Source of the DNA: Promethearchaeota archaeon
Lineage (GTDB): Archaea; Asgardarchaeota; Lokiarchaeia; Sigyniarchaeales; SOKP01
Direction: 5' to 3'
DNA length: 21,185 nucleotides
Assembly (NCBI GenBank): GCA_048938445.1
Contig: JBHLME010000080.1
Span: 1-21,185, forward strand
Shown: one piece after another, positions 16,944-21,185 of the stretch
How positions within the stretch are numbered: position 1 is the first letter of the stretch
Layout of the letters: every line of letters begins with the position of its first letter
Made by a program: the position numbers and the translations under genes
The notes under the pieces: generated by a model
The model's database searches: none
What the model was told of the DNA's origin: nothing
Seen by the model: only the letters and a program-made list of their open reading frames with translations

Positions 16944-17876
16944 ATTAAAATCTTAATATATGGCGCTGGAGTTATTGGTAGTATTTTTGCTTATATGTTA
17001 AAAAATGGCAATAATGATGTTTCAATTCTAGCAAGAGGAAAACGTTTAGAAGATTTAAAAAATCATGGACTCGTGATTCGTGATGATATATTTCATAAAA
17101 TATATAATTCCGATATAAAAGTCGTAGAAAGATTAGATAAAGGTGATTTCTATGATGTTGTTTTAGTAATTATGCAAAGACAACAAGTCAGCAAAATATT
17201 ACCAATTTTAAAGGAGAATGTAAGTCCATCCATTATTTTTATTGGAAATAATCCTTCTGGAGCAGAGGAATATATAAATAGTATTGAAAAAAATAGAGTT
17301 CTTCTTGGATTTGGGGGTCCAGGAGGATATAGAGAAGACTATAAGATAATTGCTGCGTATGTTGATAATGCTATATTATATGTGGGAGAACTTAATGGCA
17401 AAAAAAGTAAAAGATTATTAATATTTGAGGAGGTATTTAAAAAATCAGGAATCAAAGTTGACTTGAGCGAGAATATCGATGCTTGGTTAAAAACTCATGC
17501 AGCACTTATTAGTCCCTTAGCCATGGGGGGTTATGCTGCAAAAAATCGTAATAAAACGCTTGGTACTGATAAAAAATTATTGAATTTAGCATTATTAGGA
17601 TTTCGAGAAAATATTAAAGCACTAGAAGAATTAAATATTCCAATTCTACCAAAGAAATTTAAAATAATTACCTGGACTCCATTGGTAATATTTAAGCGAA
17701 AACTCAAAAAACTTCTTAATTCCGAATTTGGAAGAATCGCATTATCAGGACATGCCGATGCTGCTCAAAACGAAATGAAAAGACTTTCAGATGATTTTCT
17801 TGAAGTCATAAAAGGGGTAAAAACAAATTTGAGCTCTAATAGAAAACTCTATGAATTAAGTTATTCTTTATTATAA
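16944..17876 (+). CDS. panE: Ketopantoate reductase (PanE/ApbA) family protein; probable ATT start
   Basis: Extending the listed ORF upstream gives (M)KILIYGAGVIGSIFAYML, which contains the Rossmann GxGxxG motif. Also ARGKR, YDVVLV, WLKTHAA. SD AGGTGA at 16932-16937 contains an in-frame TGA. Confidence 0.85.
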   Translation: MKILIYGAGVIGSIFAYMLKNGNNDVSILARGKRLEDLKNHGLVIRDDIFHKIYNSDIKVVERLDKGDFYDVVLVIMQRQQVSKILPILKENVSPSIIFIGNNPSGAEEYINSIEKNRVLLGFGGPGGYREDYKIIAAYVDNAILYVGELNGKKSKRLLIFEEVFKKSGIKVDLSENIDAWLKTHAALISPLAMGGYAAKNRNKTLGTDKKLLNLALLGFRENIKALEELNIPILPKKFKIITWTPLVIFKRKLKKLLNSEFGRIALSGHADAAQNEMKRLSDDFLEVIKGVKTNLSSNRKLYELSYSLL

Positions 17877-17918
17877 TTATTCATAAAAAATTTTTATGAT
17901 TATATTGCTAATTATCAT

Positions 17919-18866
17919 TTATTCAACTTTTTCGAGTTTTGCTTGAAATCTGCTAAGAATTATTGTTGCTATAAAAATCATTATCAATGCTAAAATAAAA
18001 AAGAGTAAATTATTTACTGATTGATTAAAAATAATGAAACCACCTATAACTGGAACAATTAGATTTATACTGCTTTGAATGGGCCATAACACGATTGCCT
18101 TTCCTTTTTGTAATCCATTATTTTGATAAACAATACCAATAAAATTAAAAATTAACATTCCGTATAAACTAATAAATAACCATAAGTGAAAGTATTCAAA
18201 CCAGAATATTCCGAAAAAAAGTTCTGCCCAACCTAAAGGAGATAATATGTTAATTGATGCATTATAATATGCTTGTGCGATAATATTAGAAAATATTCCT
18301 CCTAAACTAAAGAATAATCCTGCTACTATAATTTTATATAATCCCGACCAAGGTTTCTCTTTTTGTTTTTTAGAAATTAAGATACATGTTAAAATGATTA
18401 AAAACAATATTGATAAAAAGATGAAAAATGGTAATCTAAATAAAATTAGATCTATCTGAGAATTTGAGATCCCAGAAAAGGCAATAAAAAATGGGGCAGC
18501 TATTAACATTCCTATAGCAATAATTTCAATAATAGATATTTTTTCATCCAACATTTTAAATGCCATTACTACCATCACTATTAATCCAACACCCTGGAGG
18601 GGTTGAACAACAATGATACCTACCATTCCTTGAGCAATAACATAAGGTATCCATCCAATAATCCCCATAAAGAATCCAATTGCCCATGTTTTATTTTTAA
18701 AGTATTTTAAAAAGGATTTACTAAAATTACCTACACCTCCCTCGAGATTTAATTCTGGTAATCCCTCCTTCAATCCTTTTTTCTGTAAAGCAACACCTAT
18801 ATTTGCACAGAAAGTTGCCATTAGCGCTAAAATAATCCCTAATGTTACAGTAGGTATATCAATCAT
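17919..18866 (-). CDS. DMT-superfamily (NIPA/Mg2+ transporter-like) membrane protein
   Basis: About 9 TM helices; ANIGVALQKKG, W..GF, VVQPL, L.EKI motifs typical of NIPA-like DMTs. The start is uncertain (ATG 18866 or TTG 18929). Confidence 0.75.
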   Translation of the reverse strand: MIDIPTVTLGIILALMATFCANIGVALQKKGLKEGLPELNLEGGVGNFSKSFLKYFKNKTWAIGFFMGIIGWIPYVIAQGMVGIIVVQPLQGVGLIVMVVMAFKMLDEKISIIEIIAIGMLIAAPFFIAFSGISNSQIDLILFRLPFFIFLSILFLIILTCILISKKQKEKPWSGLYKIIVAGLFFSLGGIFSNIIAQAYYNASINILSPLGWAELFFGIFWFEYFHLWLFISLYGMLIFNFIGIVYQNNGLQKGKAIVLWPIQSSINLIVPVIGGFIIFNQSVNNLLFFILALIMIFIATIILSRFQAKLEKVE

Positions 18867-19135
18867 GTTAGGGAATGTGAATGAAATATTCTTATTATTT
18901 GTTGCGAAAAAATCTTTCCATTTAGGCAAAAATTCTTATCAGGAAACCTAATAATTTATCGCTTATATTCAAATTTTTAATTTATTGAAAAAAAGAGTTG
19001 AAAATTTACTACATCATAAAAAGAAAATTATGTATCTTTAAATTTGATAATTTTTAGCATATTTTAAATTATTAATTTACTTATAGAAAAATATTATTTA
19101 TTGACAAGAATTTTAAAAATTATAAATTAAAGATA

Positions 19136-19543
19136 ATGTATTGTACTGAATGTGGTGCAGAAATACCTGAAGATGTCAGTTTTTGTGGTCAATGTGGAAA
19201 AGCAGTAATTTCTAAACAAGAAAGCACAACTCCGCAAGAAAATGGACCTCCACCAATTTATCGTCCACCTAAACCAAAAAAAAAATTTTCTGAACGTTCA
19301 ACTGGAGGTAAAATAGGAGTAATATTTGGGATTTTATTGGCTATTTTCTTAGTTATTAGTCCATTTCTTCTTTTATATTTTGGATTCCAATTATTATCGA
19401 CTTCACCAAGAATTGGTATAACTATGATGATTATTGGAGGTATTATTATTGGTATTTATATAATAGGTGGTGTTGCTCTAGAGATTCGTGAGGAGGGTTG
19501 TAGAGGATCCTCTTGTTGGGATTGCTGTACAGATTGCCCTTAA
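19136..19543 (+). CDS. Zinc-ribbon domain membrane protein with Cys-rich C-terminal tail (paralog 1)
   Basis: MYCTECG..IP....FCGQCG, Pro-rich linker, two TM helices, tail CRGSSCWDCCTDCP. Confidence 0.85.
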   Translation: MYCTECGAEIPEDVSFCGQCGKAVISKQESTTPQENGPPPIYRPPKPKKKFSERSTGGKIGVIFGILLAIFLVISPFLLLYFGFQLLSTSPRIGITMMIIGGIIIGIYIIGGVALEIREEGCRGSSCWDCCTDCP

Positions 19544-19639
19544 TTCTGAATTTAGATTATTATGAATAAAGTTCTTATATTTTTATTATTATATTAAAAA
19601 AAGGTTAGATATTACTACAAATTAAGAGTTTAAAGTATC

Positions 19640-20113
19640 ATGAGTAATCAACTTGATAATAAATACATAGAAAAAAGAAAAGTAATAAAAAGTTTAGCCC
19701 ATCATAATCCAAAGCATGATGATTTTAACAATCATGTAATATATATCTTTAACTATGCGATATGTTTAGGATGTTTTTCTTTTTATTCAAGCGTTATTAT
19801 TGCGTTAATATTATGTAATATATTTTATGATTTTATCGTAAAATTTATCAGTTTGCCGATTGTCCTCATTATATTCATCTTATTTTGGATGCCATCTATC
19901 TTTCAATATTCAATTCAATATATTAGAATGAAACCAATGAACAATAGGAAAATTAAATTCGCTACTCGCTTTCTTTATCCAATTGGTAGCATTTTATTTA
20001 TATTTAAATCTCCAATATGGGGTTTTCTTATTTCAATTCCCGCGGGTCTCATGATTATATTTATTAGAAAGCGGTTTTATAAAAAAAAAAATAAAAATGA
20101 GAAAATTCCCTAA
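19640..20113 (+). CDS. Membrane protein, DUF2085-like
   Basis: LAHH...F.YAICLGC..FY motif followed by about 4 TM helices. The family assignment is tentative. Confidence 0.6.
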   Translation: MSNQLDNKYIEKRKVIKSLAHHNPKHDDFNNHVIYIFNYAICLGCFSFYSSVIIALILCNIFYDFIVKFISLPIVLIIFILFWMPSIFQYSIQYIRMKPMNNRKIKFATRFLYPIGSILFIFKSPIWGFLISIPAGLMIIFIRKRFYKKKNKNEKIP

Positions 20114-20380
20114 TTTTTCCAAAAAAAATGGGATTGTCCCTAAAGAAATCTTAAATCAACTTATAATGAAAAGATAAGCTTTTTTCTGAATTAAAAAATT
20201 TTATTCAAGAAACCTAAAATGTTATAATTACGTGTTTTTTTGATAAAGGGAAACCAGATATCTAAATAAGCAAATAATTTTAATAAAATCACGATCTTTT
20301 CTGGTATATTTTAAATAATATAGATTCTTCATATAGAATATATTTTTAGACATGAATGTCAGAATTAAAAGTTAATGATA

Positions 20381-20758
20381 ATGTATTGTACTGAATGTGG
20401 AGCGGAAATACCTGATGATACAAATTTTTGTCGTCATTGTGGAAAAGCTGTAATTTCTAAGCAAGTTGATACAAGTCCACCAATTTATCAACCATCCAAA
20501 CAACCTTCAACTTTATATAAAATAGGAATGACATTAGCAGTAATCGTGCTTTTTATAATATTTATTGGTGCAAATTTACTAATAATTTTTGGGAGTCTAT
20601 TTATATTGCAAAATTTACCAAGAATAGGTATTACTATGATAATTATAGGAGTTATTATTCTCGTCATATATGTTATTAATGGTATTATTGCAGCGAAGCG
20701 TCAGAAAGGTTTAAATACGTGTGAGTTTTTTGAATGTTTTGAAGCCTGTCCTTATTAA
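20381..20758 (+). CDS. Zinc-ribbon domain membrane protein (paralog 2)
   Basis: MYCTECGAEIPDDTNFCRHCGKAVISKQ is nearly identical to the N-terminus of 19136. It shares PRIGITMIIIG and has tail CEFFECFEACPY. The start was chosen by paralogy (listed ATG 20375 is also possible). Confidence 0.85.
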   Translation: MYCTECGAEIPDDTNFCRHCGKAVISKQVDTSPPIYQPSKQPSTLYKIGMTLAVIVLFIIFIGANLLIIFGSLFILQNLPRIGITMIIIGVIILVIYVINGIIAAKRQKGLNTCEFFECFEACPY

Positions 20759-20934
20759 TCCTGAATGTAAATTACTAATAATATATTTTATTAGTTTTTT
20801 TATTCAATAACAAAAAAAATATAAAATCAAAGATCATAATTTGATTTTTCCTAAATTTGAATAAATGTTTCTTAAAAAAGAGATAAAAAGAACTATTCTG
20901 ATAAATAAAATAGAATGAATATAAGGTTAGGAAT

Positions 20935-20947
20935 AAAAAAAAAAAAA
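20935..20947 (-). terminator. Oligo-T terminator of the histone gene
   Basis: A13 on the + strand equals T13 on the - strand, 10 nt after the histone stop codon. Confidence 0.5.
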
Positions 20948-20957
20948 TAGATTAAGT

Positions 20958-21170
20958 TTAAATCAATTTCATTGCCAAATCCATATCAGCAATAGTAAGT
21001 TTCTTTCTATTTGCATGTCGAGTCATTTCTAATGCTTTGCTGGTTACTCCTTTTGCTAATTTCTCTAAATAGTCAATTAAAGCATCAACAGCATTTCGAG
21101 CAACCATTTCTGCGCCATTATCCTTCATTAATTTACGAACTGGACTCCATGCGAATACTTTTTTTGCCAT
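20958..21170 (-). CDS. Archaeal histone (HMf-like fold, Lokiarchaeia type)
   Basis: FAWSPVRKLMK..GAEMVAR.AV..L..YLE...A...T.HA.RKKLT..D..LA histone fold. SD GGAGG upstream. Confidence 0.95.
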   Translation of the reverse strand: MAKKVFAWSPVRKLMKDNGAEMVARNAVDALIDYLEKLAKGVTSKALEMTRHANRKKLTIADMDLAMKLI

Positions 21171-21185
21171 TTTTTTTCCTCCACT

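Overview
Very AT-rich archaeal chromosomal DNA, most likely from an Asgard archaeon (Lokiarchaeia-like). This is inferred from a Loki-type histone, an Sm/Lsm protein, a single-domain gelsolin-like protein, a Loki-type Zn-binding domain protein and GAGGTGA-type Shine-Dalgarno sites. The window holds iorA and iorB (indolepyruvate:ferredoxin oxidoreductase), a SAM methyltransferase, a metallophosphoesterase, a GAF-HD protein, tRNA-Arg(CCU), a rhomboid protease, a ketopantoate reductase-family gene, a DMT/NIPA-like transporter, two paralogous zinc-ribbon membrane proteins and a histone. The main finding is that iorB is interrupted inside its conserved G-x-S-Q-R-x-G-S-V motif by a 34-nt insert (5694-5727). 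Its junctions fold into a canonical bulge-helix-bulge, and cutting at the standard BHB positions restores the reading frame exactly. This points to a tRNA-endonuclease-type intron in a metabolic mRNA. Secondary findings include two genes that appear to start at ATT, an unlisted 49-aa zinc-finger gene, and PPxY-containing membrane proteins with Cys-rich tails.
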